In this document: positions 42,673 through 52,401 of the stretch, in pieces
How the letters are laid out: the number at the start of each line of letters is the position of its first letter
Position numbering within the stretch: position 1 is the stretch's first letter
DNA from: an uncultured Lachnospiraceae bacterium
GTDB lineage: Bacteria; Bacillota; Clostridia; Lachnospirales; Lachnospiraceae
Reading direction: 5' to 3'
NCBI GenBank assembly: GCA_945913255.1
Contig: CAMEDC010000004.1
Coordinates: 24,520-88,519, forward strand
Length of the DNA: 64,000 nucleotides
Notes under the pieces: generated by a model
Told to the model about the DNA's origin: nothing
What the model saw: the letters and a program-made list of their open reading frames with translations, nothing else
Database searches by the model: none
Made by a program: the position numbers and the translations under genes

Positions 42673-45447
42673 TCAAAGCCATTCATTCCAAAAACGTTCC
42701 ACCCGTTTTCCTACGGTATCCAAAGTCACCGTCTCAAAGTTCTCCCATTCTCTGGGAAACATCCTGCGATAAGCAAACTGTAGAAATCTCTCATCCAGCA
42801 GAGCAATGACTCCTACATCCTCCACGGTCCGTATTACACGCCCCGCTGCCTGCAATACTTTATTCATACCGGGATACCGATAAGAATAGTCAAATCCGTT
42901 ATCTCCCGTATCGTCAAAATATGCCTTCAGGATTTCTCTCTCGCTGCATACCTGCGGAAGTCCGGTGCCTACGATAATGGCCCCAATCAGGCTGTCGTTT
43001 TTCAGGTCGATTCCTTCTCCAAAGATACCTCCCAGTACGCAGAACCCAATCAGAATACTCTCTTCCTCCTCCACTTCCATGGCAATACCGGCACTCCAGT
43101 CGATTTCCTCATTTCCCCTGAATCTGCTCAGGAATTCTTCTCTGTCCGCTTCACTCATGTACTCACTCTGCAGGATGCACTCTCTGCCTTCTCCCGCAAA
43201 ATTCTCCGTGTATTTCTCGTAAATAATACGCAAAAACGCGTAGGAGGGACAGAAAACCATATAATTTCCGTGGCGGTTCTTTACAATTTCCTCAATATAT
43301 TTTGCTATGTTTATATACTCATCCTCAGAGCGCCTGGTATACTTGCTTGTTACATCGTTTGCAATCAGCAGAGCTCGCTTTTCAGGGCGAAAAACAGACT
43401 GTGCATAGACCTCATAATCCTCTTCCTCGCCTCCCAATAGTTTTTTATAATATTGTATCGGCAGAAAAGTAGCGGAAAACAAGATAGTGCTCCGGCCCCG
43501 CATCATACAGCTTTTCAGATTCTCCCCCGGATTGACACAAAACAATTTGACAAAAAAGCTTCCATCTTCACATACCTGCGTATATTTCACATAGTTTTCA
43601 TCCAGAAGCTCATACATATCCAGGAAATGGCTCACTTCAAAATAGAAGTCCAGTAATTGTTCCCGCACAGGCGGCTGTTCTTCCTCCTGTTCCGTCAGAT
43701 ATTCATCCATGGCTCCATGAAGCCGCATCAAAGGCTGCATCAAATCATCAATACTCTCAACCAGGCAGTACTCCGTGCATTCTCTCTTCATGGCAAGCAT
43801 TTCCTGATTACACTTTTCCAGATGGTAAATGATTTTGTCCGCATAACCTTCCCGCACCAGAATACTTCTCCCATCACGCCGATTTTTGCGTTCTCCGGTG
43901 TTTCTTTTCCTTTTTCCGGTCTCTTCCGCTCTGGAAAAATAAGCAGTACTGGTTTGGTCAATATCATTGATCCCATGGTAGTCCAAGGACATCCCATAGG
44001 AATCCAAGGACATTCCCTGCGACGTCTCCGTCATTCCCAGCGTCATATCCAAAGAGATTTGTCCCGAAATATCATCATTCTTCCCCTTCTCCGATATTTC
44101 TGACAGCACTGTCTGTTTCAGCTCTTTTCTCAGTTCCAAAAACTGTTCCTTCCAGAGAACGGCACTGTACATTTTCCGACCACGTTCCAAAAGATTATGA
44201 GCCTCATCAATCAGGAAAATATAGTTGCCTCCGGTTCCATCACCAAAAAAACGTTTCAGGTAGATGTGAGGGTCGAAGAGATAATTATAATCACAGATAA
44301 TACCGTCTGCAAAAAGGGACATATCCAGACACATTTCAAACGGACAAACCTGATGCTTTTCGGCATATTCCTCTATCTTCTCACGACTGAAGCTCTCTTC
44401 GGAGGTCAGCAAATCATACACCGCACCGTTAATTCGGTCATAATGCCCCTTTGCATAAGGGCAGGCATCCGGATTACATTCCGTCTCTCCCGTAAAGCAT
44501 ATTTTTTCCTTTGCTGTAAGGATTACGCTTCGAAATCGAAGCCCCTTATTTCGCAAAATGCCAAGCGTATCCTCCGCCACTGTCCTCGTAATCGTTTTTG
44601 CAGTCAGGTAAAAAAGTTTTTCTCCCATTCCCCTGCCCATGGCCTGAATAGCAGGATAGATTGTGGATATGGTCTTACCCACTCCGGTAGGAGCTTCCAG
44701 AAAAAGTTTGCGTTTATGATAAATGGTTCTATAGACATCCGTGACAAGCTCTTTTTGTCCTTCTCTGTAAGGGAATGGAAATTCCAACCCGTCAATGGAT
44801 GCCTGTCTGATTCCACGCCATCGCCAGGAATCATCCGCCCATTTTCGATACATACCAATCAGCTCCTGAAACCATTCTTCCAATTCCTGAAAGGTATAGT
44901 CCTCATAAAAATAGCGCAGTTCTTCATTCAGGATATTACAATAAGTAAGCCTCACCCGTACTTCTGCCAGTTCTTCCTTTAAACTGTACATATAGGCATA
45001 GCACTTTGCCTGCGCTATGTGAAGCGGCATCGGCCCCCTCATCCTGGCAAGTTCCCGATAAGTTCCTTTGATTTCATCAATCATGACCTGGCCTTCATGA
45101 TGTATGATTCCATCTGCTCTGCCCTCCACAGTCAGAAGATATCCTTCTGTCTGCAGGGAATACTTAAGCGGAACTTCCGCCTGATATTCCGAACCCATAC
45201 GGCGCTGAATCATACGATGAATCTTTCCACCCTCCTGCATCGCATTATCCGGGGCAGCCTGATGACGGTTGTCAATATCACCGTGTCTTAATATAAATTC
45301 AACCAGATTTCTGACCGAGATACGGATTTCACCAAGAGGTAAGTCCACCCGGGTATCCGTATTATCCGCAGCGTGATGTTCCGTCTGACTGACATTTTTC
45401 TCCATCCCGTCGTCTGTTTTTTTCGAAGTATTACTCTTATTATTCAT
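42673..45447 (-). CDS. PD-(D/E)xK nuclease domain fused to an XPD/DinG-family Fe-S DNA helicase
   Basis: The ORF extends to 45501, but GGAGAGAG precedes the ATG at 45447. N-terminal RecB/Cas4-like motifs (GKIHRMIQ, DGIIHHEG..IDEIKG, QAKCYAYMY). Helicase motifs: I APTGVGKT, II DEAH (LIDEAHNL), Cys cluster CFTGETECNPDACPYAKGH...CPFEMC, V GGIFGEGIDL, VI QAAGRVIR. Confidence 0.85.
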   Translation of the reverse strand: MNNKSNTSKKTDDGMEKNVSQTEHHAADNTDTRVDLPLGEIRISVRNLVEFILRHGDIDNRHQAAPDNAMQEGGKIHRMIQRRMGSEYQAEVPLKYSLQTEGYLLTVEGRADGIIHHEGQVMIDEIKGTYRELARMRGPMPLHIAQAKCYAYMYSLKEELAEVRVRLTYCNILNEELRYFYEDYTFQELEEWFQELIGMYRKWADDSWRWRGIRQASIDGLEFPFPYREGQKELVTDVYRTIYHKRKLFLEAPTGVGKTISTIYPAIQAMGRGMGEKLFYLTAKTITRTVAEDTLGILRNKGLRFRSVILTAKEKICFTGETECNPDACPYAKGHYDRINGAVYDLLTSEESFSREKIEEYAEKHQVCPFEMCLDMSLFADGIICDYNYLFDPHIYLKRFFGDGTGGNYIFLIDEAHNLLERGRKMYSAVLWKEQFLELRKELKQTVLSEISEKGKNDDISGQISLDMTLGMTETSQGMSLDSYGMSLDYHGINDIDQTSTAYFSRAEETGKRKRNTGERKNRRDGRSILVREGYADKIIYHLEKCNQEMLAMKRECTEYCLVESIDDLMQPLMRLHGAMDEYLTEQEEEQPPVREQLLDFYFEVSHFLDMYELLDENYVKYTQVCEDGSFFVKLFCVNPGENLKSCMMRGRSTILFSATFLPIQYYKKLLGGEEEDYEVYAQSVFRPEKRALLIANDVTSKYTRRSEDEYINIAKYIEEIVKNRHGNYMVFCPSYAFLRIIYEKYTENFAGEGRECILQSEYMSEADREEFLSRFRGNEEIDWSAGIAMEVEEEESILIGFCVLGGIFGEGIDLKNDSLIGAIIVGTGLPQVCSEREILKAYFDDTGDNGFDYSYRYPGMNKVLQAAGRVIRTVEDVGVIALLDERFLQFAYRRMFPREWENFETVTLDTVGKRVERFWNEWL

Positions 45448-45516
45448 AACTCTCTCCGGATGATTTCTGCTTTTATATATCCATCTCTGCCATCTTCTCA
45501 AGACTTTTCAACAAAA

Positions 45517-45557
45517 GACTCCCTATGAAGATAGTACTCTATCTCACATAGGGAGTC
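45517..45557 (-). terminator. Rho-independent terminator after the HPr-like gene
   Basis: GACTCCCTATG ... CATAGGGAGTC, 11-bp arms. On the minus strand the stem is followed by TTTTGTTG. Confidence 0.7.
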
Positions 45558-45586
45558 AATTTTGTTTTTATTTTCTTACCCGTGTA

Positions 45587-45811
45587 CTAGGAAGCAATCG
45601 CGTACTTTTTCAGCAATTCCTCAAACTCGGCATTATAGCCGTTGTAGGAAACAGTCAGCGGCTTTCCGAAATCAAGACCATAAACGCCCAGGAAAGACTT
45701 TGCATCCACTACATATCTGTTATAGGAAATATCAATGTCAAAATCGCATCTGGAGGTTATGTCAACAAAATGCTGGACTTCATCGGGAGTCAAACGAATT
45801 GTCTTAATCAT
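45587..45811 (-). CDS. HPr-fold small protein lacking the His15 phospho-site
   Basis: 74 aa. TSRCDFDIDISYNRYVVDAKSFLGV aligns by eye with HPr [25 protein letters not shown], so the Ser46-like Ser is kept. The GIHARP His15 region is replaced by RLTPDE. Confidence 0.65.
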   Translation of the reverse strand: MIKTIRLTPDEVQHFVDITSRCDFDIDISYNRYVVDAKSFLGVYGLDFGKPLTVSYNGYNAEFEELLKKYAIAS

Positions 45812-45865
45812 TTTAAACCATCCTTTCTCAAAGAAAAAAGGCCCAAAAGCTACCTTTAATCTACT

Positions 45866-45893
45866 ATTATATGCAGATTACGCCAAATGTAAA
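45866..45893 (-). promoter_or_regulatory. Candidate promoter for the HPr-like gene
   Basis: Minus strand TTTACA (45888-45893), 16 nt, TATAAT (45866-45871). Confidence 0.5.
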
Positions 45894-46040
45894 GCATTTT
45901 ACAACGACGAACTTTTTACCTTTTTTTCTCCTGAAAAATGTCTTTCTTACATTTTGTGCATACATATTTTTCCAGCAGGCTGTTTTTTGTCTGTTTTATA
46001 CAAATGGTACTTTAGTACGCTATCGTGAAGCACTGCGAAT

Positions 46041-46808
46041 TTATGGTTTTTGCTGAAATTCTACCATATATTCTTGGAACCTGAGAGGCAGCATATTTCT
46101 CTGTAAGGTAAGATTTTTCCTCTCCTTTATCGCTATCGTACGGCAAAACTGTCTGAATAGTTCCTGATATGCTTTCTCCTCTTCCGACACTTGAAGTTCC
46201 GATGGCTCTCCTGCTTCCTCCCCACGAAGCAGGTACCACTGTCTTCCTGCCGGATGAATTCCGAAAAAATTTCTCCTTTCATCATATATCACAAAGTTTT
46301 CCAGTGGAAGCCTGTCCGCAAAATGCGGCATCAGAAAAGTTACCATATTATTCTTCGGTCCGATTTTCGAGTACAGTACTCGATTCTCCAGCTCCTGAAA
46401 TCTCACGAATCCCTGCAGATGAGCACACTCCCTGCCTGCATTCCGAGCCAGTGCAAAAGCTTTGTGTACATAATCATTTGTCAGATTGTCAAAAAGATGC
46501 CCACGGTCACAGTTCCGCGCCAGTCCGTCTGCCACCGTCCGGTAAACCGCCTGCGCCTTTTCCATATCCTCCGATGCAAGCGCCATACAAAGTTCTTTAT
46601 AGTCATCCTCCCCAAATCTTCGCTTCAGAGTCTTTATTACTTTCAAAACTTTATCCGTACACGAAACAACCGGTACATCCTCGGCAAAAAGAATAGGATC
46701 ATCCGACAGGGACAGCATGGTTTCCGCATGATTCCTCTTTTCCTCATAGGCCAGATAAATCGCCGTAAATATACTTTCCAATGAATCCTCACATCTGTAG
46801 ACTATCAT
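46041..46808 (-). CDS. Conserved partner protein of the putative DNA modification/repair radical-SAM enzyme (DUF4130-like)
   Basis: 255 aa. N-terminus MIVYRCEDSLESIFTAIYLAYEE is typical of the family I recall as TIGR03915/DUF4130. Starts 10 nt after the radical-SAM gene stop, with an AAGGAG RBS. Confidence 0.7.
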   Translation of the reverse strand: MIVYRCEDSLESIFTAIYLAYEEKRNHAETMLSLSDDPILFAEDVPVVSCTDKVLKVIKTLKRRFGEDDYKELCMALASEDMEKAQAVYRTVADGLARNCDRGHLFDNLTNDYVHKAFALARNAGRECAHLQGFVRFQELENRVLYSKIGPKNNMVTFLMPHFADRLPLENFVIYDERRNFFGIHPAGRQWYLLRGEEAGEPSELQVSEEEKAYQELFRQFCRTIAIKERKNLTLQRNMLPLRFQEYMVEFQQKP

Positions 46809-46818
46809 CTCCCGCTCC

Positions 46819-48171
46819 TTATATCTGCCCCACCGCAGTCTGTAACCGCTCCATGGGCTTCACCTCTCCCGTAAAGCTCCCGTCGTCAAAAAGGGACATC
46901 TGCCTGTAGGTCATGCCGTCGCTTCCGAACTGCACCCTCTCCTTTTCCTCCGTAAGATTTCTGACTATATAATCCTCGTCCAGCTTGACCGGGTACATCA
47001 TTCTGCCGTTACAGGTGATGAAAAATAAGGCTCTCTTCAGCACAACTCCAATTTTCTTTAAATCGGAAAAGGTCAGTTTCGCGCTTCTCCTTGCCGCTGC
47101 AATTCTCTGGGCACTCTTTACACCGATACCCGGCACACGTAGCAGCTGTTCCATCGGGGCGCGGTTTATCTCTACCGGAAAGCACTCCAGGTGCCGTACT
47201 GCCCAGTCCTCCTTAGGATCCAGCAGGACATTAAAAAAAGGATGTTTTTCGTCGAGCAGTTCCTCCGCCCGAAATCCATAAAACCGCAGCAGCCAATCCG
47301 CCTGATAAAGACGGTGTTCCCTGAGAAGAGGCGGTCCTCCCGGCAATGCCGGCAGATTCTTATCCCCCGTAACATTAACAAAGGCTGAATAGAACACTCT
47401 TTTCAAATCAAACTTCTTATAAAGTCCCTCGGCAACATTGAGAATCTGATAGTCCGTTTCGGGTGTGGCACCGATAATCATCTGCGTAGACTGCCCTCCT
47501 GACACAAAGCGCGGCGCATTCCGATACAATACAATATCGTTTTTATTTTCTTTTATTCCGTTCTGAATCTGCCTCATAGGCGTCAGAATCGTCTTTCTAT
47601 GCTTATTGGGTGCGAGTGCTTTCAGCCCCTCCGCCGTAGGCAGTTCCAGATTGATGCTCATCCTGTCCACCAGAAAACCTGTCTGCGCAATCAGCTCCGG
47701 CGCTGCCCCGGGAATCGCTTTCACATGAATATATCCGTTAAAATGGTATTTGTTCCGTAGCAGCCATATTGTCCGGAAAATCATCTCCATTGTAAAGGAA
47801 GGACTCTGAAGAATACCGGAGCTCAAGAATAAACCTTCAATATAGTTTCTCCGGTAGAACTCCATTGTCAGCGTACAGATTTCTTCCGGAGAAAAAGTTG
47901 CCCTCGGAATATCATTCGAGCAACGGTTCTGGCAGTACTTGCAGTCATAAATGCACTCGTTCGTCATCAGAATTTTCAACAGGGAAATACAGCGTCCGTC
48001 GCTGGCAAAGCTGTGACAAATACCCGCAGCCACACAGTTTCCGATACTTTTACCATCGCCTTTTCTCTCTACACCGCTGGATGTGCATGCTACGTCATAT
48101 TTTGCCGCATTCGTAAGCACAGTAAGTTTATCCATTATAGATTGTTGATTTCCTGTTGCAAGATATTCCAT
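46819..48171 (-). CDS. Putative DNA modification/repair radical-SAM protein
   Basis: 450 aa. CxxxCxxC radical-SAM cluster motif (CIYDCKYCQN). C-terminal helix-hairpin-helix-like LLRVPGIGVKSAQRI. Paired with the downstream partner, as in the family I recall as TIGR03916. Confidence 0.8.
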   Translation of the reverse strand: MEYLATGNQQSIMDKLTVLTNAAKYDVACTSSGVERKGDGKSIGNCVAAGICHSFASDGRCISLLKILMTNECIYDCKYCQNRCSNDIPRATFSPEEICTLTMEFYRRNYIEGLFLSSGILQSPSFTMEMIFRTIWLLRNKYHFNGYIHVKAIPGAAPELIAQTGFLVDRMSINLELPTAEGLKALAPNKHRKTILTPMRQIQNGIKENKNDIVLYRNAPRFVSGGQSTQMIIGATPETDYQILNVAEGLYKKFDLKRVFYSAFVNVTGDKNLPALPGGPPLLREHRLYQADWLLRFYGFRAEELLDEKHPFFNVLLDPKEDWAVRHLECFPVEINRAPMEQLLRVPGIGVKSAQRIAAARRSAKLTFSDLKKIGVVLKRALFFITCNGRMMYPVKLDEDYIVRNLTEEKERVQFGSDGMTYRQMSLFDDGSFTGEVKPMERLQTAVGQI

Positions 48172-48189
48172 CTTCCATGCTCCTCTTCA

Positions 48190-48238
48190 GAACATTTGTT
48201 CTATGTTTAGAATAGCACATATGTTCTCTTAATGCAAG
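48190..48238 (-). promoter_or_regulatory. SOS (LexA-box) controlled promoter of the radical-SAM operon
   Basis: Minus strand TTGCAT (48233-48238), 17 nt, TATTCT (48210-48215). LexA-type boxes are AGAACATTTGTTCT (48190-48203, over the expected start site) and AGCACATATGTTCT (48215-48228, inside the spacer). The Firmicutes consensus core is GAAC-N4-GTTC. Confidence 0.7.
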
Positions 48239-48325
48239 CAAAAAAACTATTGCAAAATCTCACAAAAAGCGGTTAAATGGTATAGGATGTTATACGAATC
48301 AGTATCAATAGAAAGCAGGTAACTT

Positions 48326-49336
48326 ATGTCAAACATTACATTACCGAAAAATTACAAATCCGAATTGAACCTTTACGATACACAGATTGCCATCAAAACG
48401 GTAAAGGATTTTTTCCAGACGCTGCTTGCAGAGCGACTTCATCTGCTTCGCGTTTCCGCACCGCTTTTTGTCTCACCGGAGTCCGGTCTGAATGACAACT
48501 TAAACGGCGTGGAGCGACCCGTTACCTTCGACATCAAATGCGAAAATGACAGAGAAGCTGAAATTGTGCAGTCTCTGGCAAAGTGGAAGCGTTATGCACT
48601 GAAGAAATACGGCTTTTCCGTCGGCGAAGGTCTTTATACCGATATGAGTGCCATCCGTCGGGATGAGGAGGTCGACAATATCCACTCCATCTACGTGGAT
48701 CAGTGGGACTGGGAGAAAATTATCTCCAAAGAAGACCGCAACCTGGATACTTTGAAGGACACTGTGCGCACTGTATATAAAGTTCTGCGCAAAACGGAAA
48801 AATACATGTCCATTCATTACGACTATATTGAGGAGATTCTGCCTCACGACATTTTCTTCATCACAACCTCGGAGCTGGCGGAAATGTTCCCGGACTATAC
48901 TCCGAAGGAGCGTGAGTATTACATAGCCAAGGCAAAGGGTGCTGTCTGCATCATGCAGATTGGAGATTGTCTGGAAAACGGAGAACCCCATGACGGACGT
49001 GCCCCGGATTATGATGACTGGTCCCTGAACGCAGATATTATTGTATATTATCCTGTTCTTGATATTGCGTTGGAGCTGTCCAGCATGGGTATCCGTGTGG
49101 ATGCAAAAGCACTGAAAGAACAGTTGGATAAGGCAGGATGTCCCGAAAGAGCAGAGCTGGATTTCCATAAAGCAATTCTGAACGACGAGTTGCCCTTCAC
49201 CATCGGCGGTGGTATCGGACAGTCCCGTATCTGCATGTTCTTCCTCAGAAAAGCTCATATTGGAGAGGTGCAATGCTCCCTGTGGCCGGAAAATGTCATG
49301 AAGGAAGCAAAAGAAAAGGGCCTGCAACTATTATAA
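48326..49336 (+). CDS. asnA: Aspartate--ammonia ligase (asparagine synthetase A)
   Basis: 336 aa with AsnA-type N-terminus and class-II synthetase-like core (SIYVDQWDWEK, GGGIGQSR). Confidence 0.9.
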   Translation: MSNITLPKNYKSELNLYDTQIAIKTVKDFFQTLLAERLHLLRVSAPLFVSPESGLNDNLNGVERPVTFDIKCENDREAEIVQSLAKWKRYALKKYGFSVGEGLYTDMSAIRRDEEVDNIHSIYVDQWDWEKIISKEDRNLDTLKDTVRTVYKVLRKTEKYMSIHYDYIEEILPHDIFFITTSELAEMFPDYTPKEREYYIAKAKGAVCIMQIGDCLENGEPHDGRAPDYDDWSLNADIIVYYPVLDIALELSSMGIRVDAKALKEQLDKAGCPERAELDFHKAILNDELPFTIGGGIGQSRICMFFLRKAHIGEVQCSLWPENVMKEAKEKGLQLL

Positions 49337-49353
49337 GCTGCAAGGCCTTTTTT
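49319..49353 (+). terminator. Terminator after asnA (shared convergent region)
   Basis: GGCCTGCA ... TGCAAGGCC stem with a one-base bulge, followed by TTTTTT. The left arm overlaps the last asnA codons. Confidence 0.45.
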
Positions 49354-49374
49354 AGTACTCTCATTGTCTTTTTC

Positions 49375-50193
49375 TTACTTTTCGTACTTTTTCCCCATAA
49401 CAGACATGGGAATAAACAATCCTCCCAGAACTACCAGAAGTTCCACAAACAATCCGATTAATCTCCATATCTCATAAGGCACAAAAAGTCTCACCGCAAA
49501 ATAAACAGCCGGCCATAGAATCGGAGTCAAAAAGCAGAATGCTCTGCCGGCTTTTAGAATATGCGGCCAGTTTTTATTATTAAAATGCACTCCCGCCATA
49601 TTCATCCGAAAAAAACCGTCGCTGTAATAATTAATTTTCTCCGTATCATAATAGGAAGGTAACTTCTCCCGAATGAGGAAGAAAAACCAGATGCCGAAAA
49701 TGAGCGGTAAAATAGCAATCAAAAGCACATCCAGAGAAATTTGTTCATCTGTAATTCCCACACGCTCTCCCTGCAAATAAAGCAGTAACACTTCAATCCA
49801 GGCAACCGAAGCACCCACCGCATATAATAGCGCATGTTTCTTTTTATTTTTCTGATGTATACTGCAATTTTCAACGACTGCATCCGTCGTCTCCGCAACC
49901 AGACATTTGATTTCTTCTTCTGTCATATCATTAGAAGCTGGCTGCACTGCATCCCTTTCCCCGTGCAACAATTCTGTCACAGTTACCGAAAGCGCATCTG
50001 CCAATGGTTCCAATACTGCAATATCCGGCATACTAAGCCCTCTTTCCCACTTGCTTACCGCCTTATTGGAAAGGTACAGTTTTTCCGCCAGTTGTTTCTG
50101 CGTCATCCCCTTTTCGCGGCGCATTGCAGCAATAAAATTACCAAATTTCTCAGCATCAATTCCCGTTTTTTCCGTTCTGTCGTTCTCAGTCAT
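49375..50193 (-). CDS. XRE-family HTH regulator with C-terminal transmembrane domain
   Basis: 272 aa. N-terminal Cro/C1-type HTH (KGMTQKQLAEKLYLSNKAVSKWERG), then about 4 hydrophobic helices. Confidence 0.85.
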   Translation of the reverse strand: MTENDRTEKTGIDAEKFGNFIAAMRREKGMTQKQLAEKLYLSNKAVSKWERGLSMPDIAVLEPLADALSVTVTELLHGERDAVQPASNDMTEEEIKCLVAETTDAVVENCSIHQKNKKKHALLYAVGASVAWIEVLLLYLQGERVGITDEQISLDVLLIAILPLIFGIWFFFLIREKLPSYYDTEKINYYSDGFFRMNMAGVHFNNKNWPHILKAGRAFCFLTPILWPAVYFAVRLFVPYEIWRLIGLFVELLVVLGGLFIPMSVMGKKYEK

Positions 50194-50316
50194 ACATTGG
50201 CTCTCTCCTTCTCCCTCGTCTAATCAAAAAGGATATACTTTTCTGTTTTAAAATGCAATCCACCATCAGTAGACTTCAGAAGCAAAGCAATTTGGAACAT
50301 ACATCCGGCTGTCGAT

Positions 50317-52299
50317 TTACCGGTACACCGCAAATTTTTCATTTCGAAAAGTCTGTTCATATCCATGTTCTTCCATAAAGGATGCCAACAGCTCCCATTT
50401 TCCATCCGACAGAATTGCCTGCTGCTCCTTTTCGGAAACATTCCACTTTTTCAGTGCTTCCTCACCGCCCTCTTCGTACAGTGCATAACTGTTTCCCAAA
50501 ATAATAACGGGTGTTTCCTCATTCAGATTCTGCAATTCCTGCTCCATGGTGTCCCTGCTGTAAGAATCCAAATCGCTCCAGGGATTAAAAGCAGACGGCA
50601 TTTGCAGATAATAAGACAGAGCCGGAACTTTTCCGTACAGGATAACTTCCTCCCCCTGCAGATTATTTTCCGCTGCATAGGCACTGAGTTCTGTCATGCA
50701 TTCCGCCTTGTCGGAACTCATCCTGATATTTTTCAAAACCGCATTATTCGTGACATAAGCATTTGCATCCTGAACCCCTGTGGCTTCCGCAAAGACAAAA
50801 TGAATGCCAAAACCGCCAAACTGTACGACACACAAAAGCAAGAACGCCGCCAGAGCCGTCTTTGCCGGGAAAGCAGATATTGTAACACGTGCTATTTTTT
50901 TCTCTTTTACCTGTCTGAAAAACTTTCCAATCTCCCACAGAGTATAAGGTGCAGCTACAAACAGATTATTCATACTGGGATAAACACCATTGTTGCTGCC
51001 CAGGGAGGTCAGAAGAATCACCAGAATCAGCATACCGCTGATTAACTTCTCTTCTTTTGCACCGTTTCTGTCAAAAATCCGAATCACGGCAATCATCATG
51101 GTCAGCATCAAAAACAGTATTCCGGGGCGAAGCATGGAATCATAGCTGTAAAAATCGAAGGAACAGAAATTCCGGGCATAGAGCCAGACAACCATGGCAA
51201 CACTAATCGCAATCATCAGAATCCGTACCGTTACATGAATAACGTTTCCCGCGATTCCGGCAGCCACAGAAATTTTTGTCGAAAACCGATTGTTTTCTTT
51301 CCGGCTATCTTCCGTTGCTTTCAGCCTCATCAGACCGCTCTCCAGTAATTCCGAAACAACAAACAAAAGCATTCCGCATACCACTATGATACCGATACGC
51401 AGAAACCAATAGAGGTTTTCCACATAAGTGCCAATCACTCCCATCACCATGGAAGTTGCCTTATAGTCCGTGGCATTGTCCGTCATGGCAAACAGCCTTG
51501 TGATGCCCGTCACATATTCACCCAGTCCGTAACGAATCGCAATATAGCCAAGTAATACCGCCAGAGCCGACAGGTAACCCAGCAGACACCATCCCGTATG
51601 GCTCAGGGTTCTGCGCCAGAAGCCTGTATGCTGCAGCGCCTCTGCTGCTTTTCCCTTCTCTGTTTTCCCTTCTGTCGTGTTTTCTTCCGCTTCTTTTCTT
51701 CCCCCTATGGGTTTCTTCCTGTCTTCCAGCCAGATGATAATATCATACGCCCAGACTGCCACAATCATTGCTGCCTCGGACAGATTGGGGAAACGCACCA
51801 GCACATTTGCGCCCAGGCACAGTCCCGCCGCAACAAGGTATCCATTTCGCTCCTTCGTCAAACCGGTATACAAAAAGATTACCGCCCCCAGGAACAGCAG
51901 ATATGTCAGATAATTATACAAAAGTGCAGTAGGGCACCAGCACAGGCTGATGGCAATCATCTCTCCGATAAAAGCTGTCCATACGGACATATGAAGCCGC
52001 CTGGTGCAGAACCAGTAGCTAAGCAGCGCCAGCGCACTGACGAAAAGACCGGTATATAAATTCATTCCGAAAAGACTGCCCGCCCCCGGAAGCTTTGTCA
52101 GTAGATTTCCAACCGCATTCGACAGGTATGTGGAAAACAACCACATGGGATCCATATGTTCCATTCCCATATACGTGAAATTGGCATAGTTATACCCCGT
52201 GTCCCAAAGATCCAACCCCCAGTTGATATGACGCAGCGGATAGAATGCCAGTATCACTATCATGAAGTTTTCTATTACACCTGTTCTCTTTTTCTCCAT
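50317..52299 (-). CDS. Large polytopic membrane protein, possibly GT-C-type glycosyltransferase
   Basis: 660 aa. At least 12 TM helices followed by a soluble C-terminal domain of about 170 aa. The overall layout resembles PMT/ArnT-like GT-C enzymes. The function is an architecture-based guess. Confidence 0.6.
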   Translation of the reverse strand: MEKKRTGVIENFMIVILAFYPLRHINWGLDLWDTGYNYANFTYMGMEHMDPMWLFSTYLSNAVGNLLTKLPGAGSLFGMNLYTGLFVSALALLSYWFCTRRLHMSVWTAFIGEMIAISLCWCPTALLYNYLTYLLFLGAVIFLYTGLTKERNGYLVAAGLCLGANVLVRFPNLSEAAMIVAVWAYDIIIWLEDRKKPIGGRKEAEENTTEGKTEKGKAAEALQHTGFWRRTLSHTGWCLLGYLSALAVLLGYIAIRYGLGEYVTGITRLFAMTDNATDYKATSMVMGVIGTYVENLYWFLRIGIIVVCGMLLFVVSELLESGLMRLKATEDSRKENNRFSTKISVAAGIAGNVIHVTVRILMIAISVAMVVWLYARNFCSFDFYSYDSMLRPGILFLMLTMMIAVIRIFDRNGAKEEKLISGMLILVILLTSLGSNNGVYPSMNNLFVAAPYTLWEIGKFFRQVKEKKIARVTISAFPAKTALAAFLLLCVVQFGGFGIHFVFAEATGVQDANAYVTNNAVLKNIRMSSDKAECMTELSAYAAENNLQGEEVILYGKVPALSYYLQMPSAFNPWSDLDSYSRDTMEQELQNLNEETPVIILGNSYALYEEGGEEALKKWNVSEKEQQAILSDGKWELLASFMEEHGYEQTFRNEKFAVYR

Positions 52300-52401
52300 C
52301 CGTTTCCGTATCTATCCTTTCCCATACGAATTTCCGCACTTTACCGCATTGCATTCTCCTATGCAATTCCTTCGGGCTCTGATGTTTGCACTCTTCCTAC
52401 T

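Noticed and set aside
42462-42686. 74-aa minus-strand ORF, and the 42566-42772 plus-strand ORF, spanning the helicase/GH13 intergenic region.
   Set aside because: Neither has an RBS or recognisable motifs. The region is better explained by DnaA boxes and the GH13 promoter.
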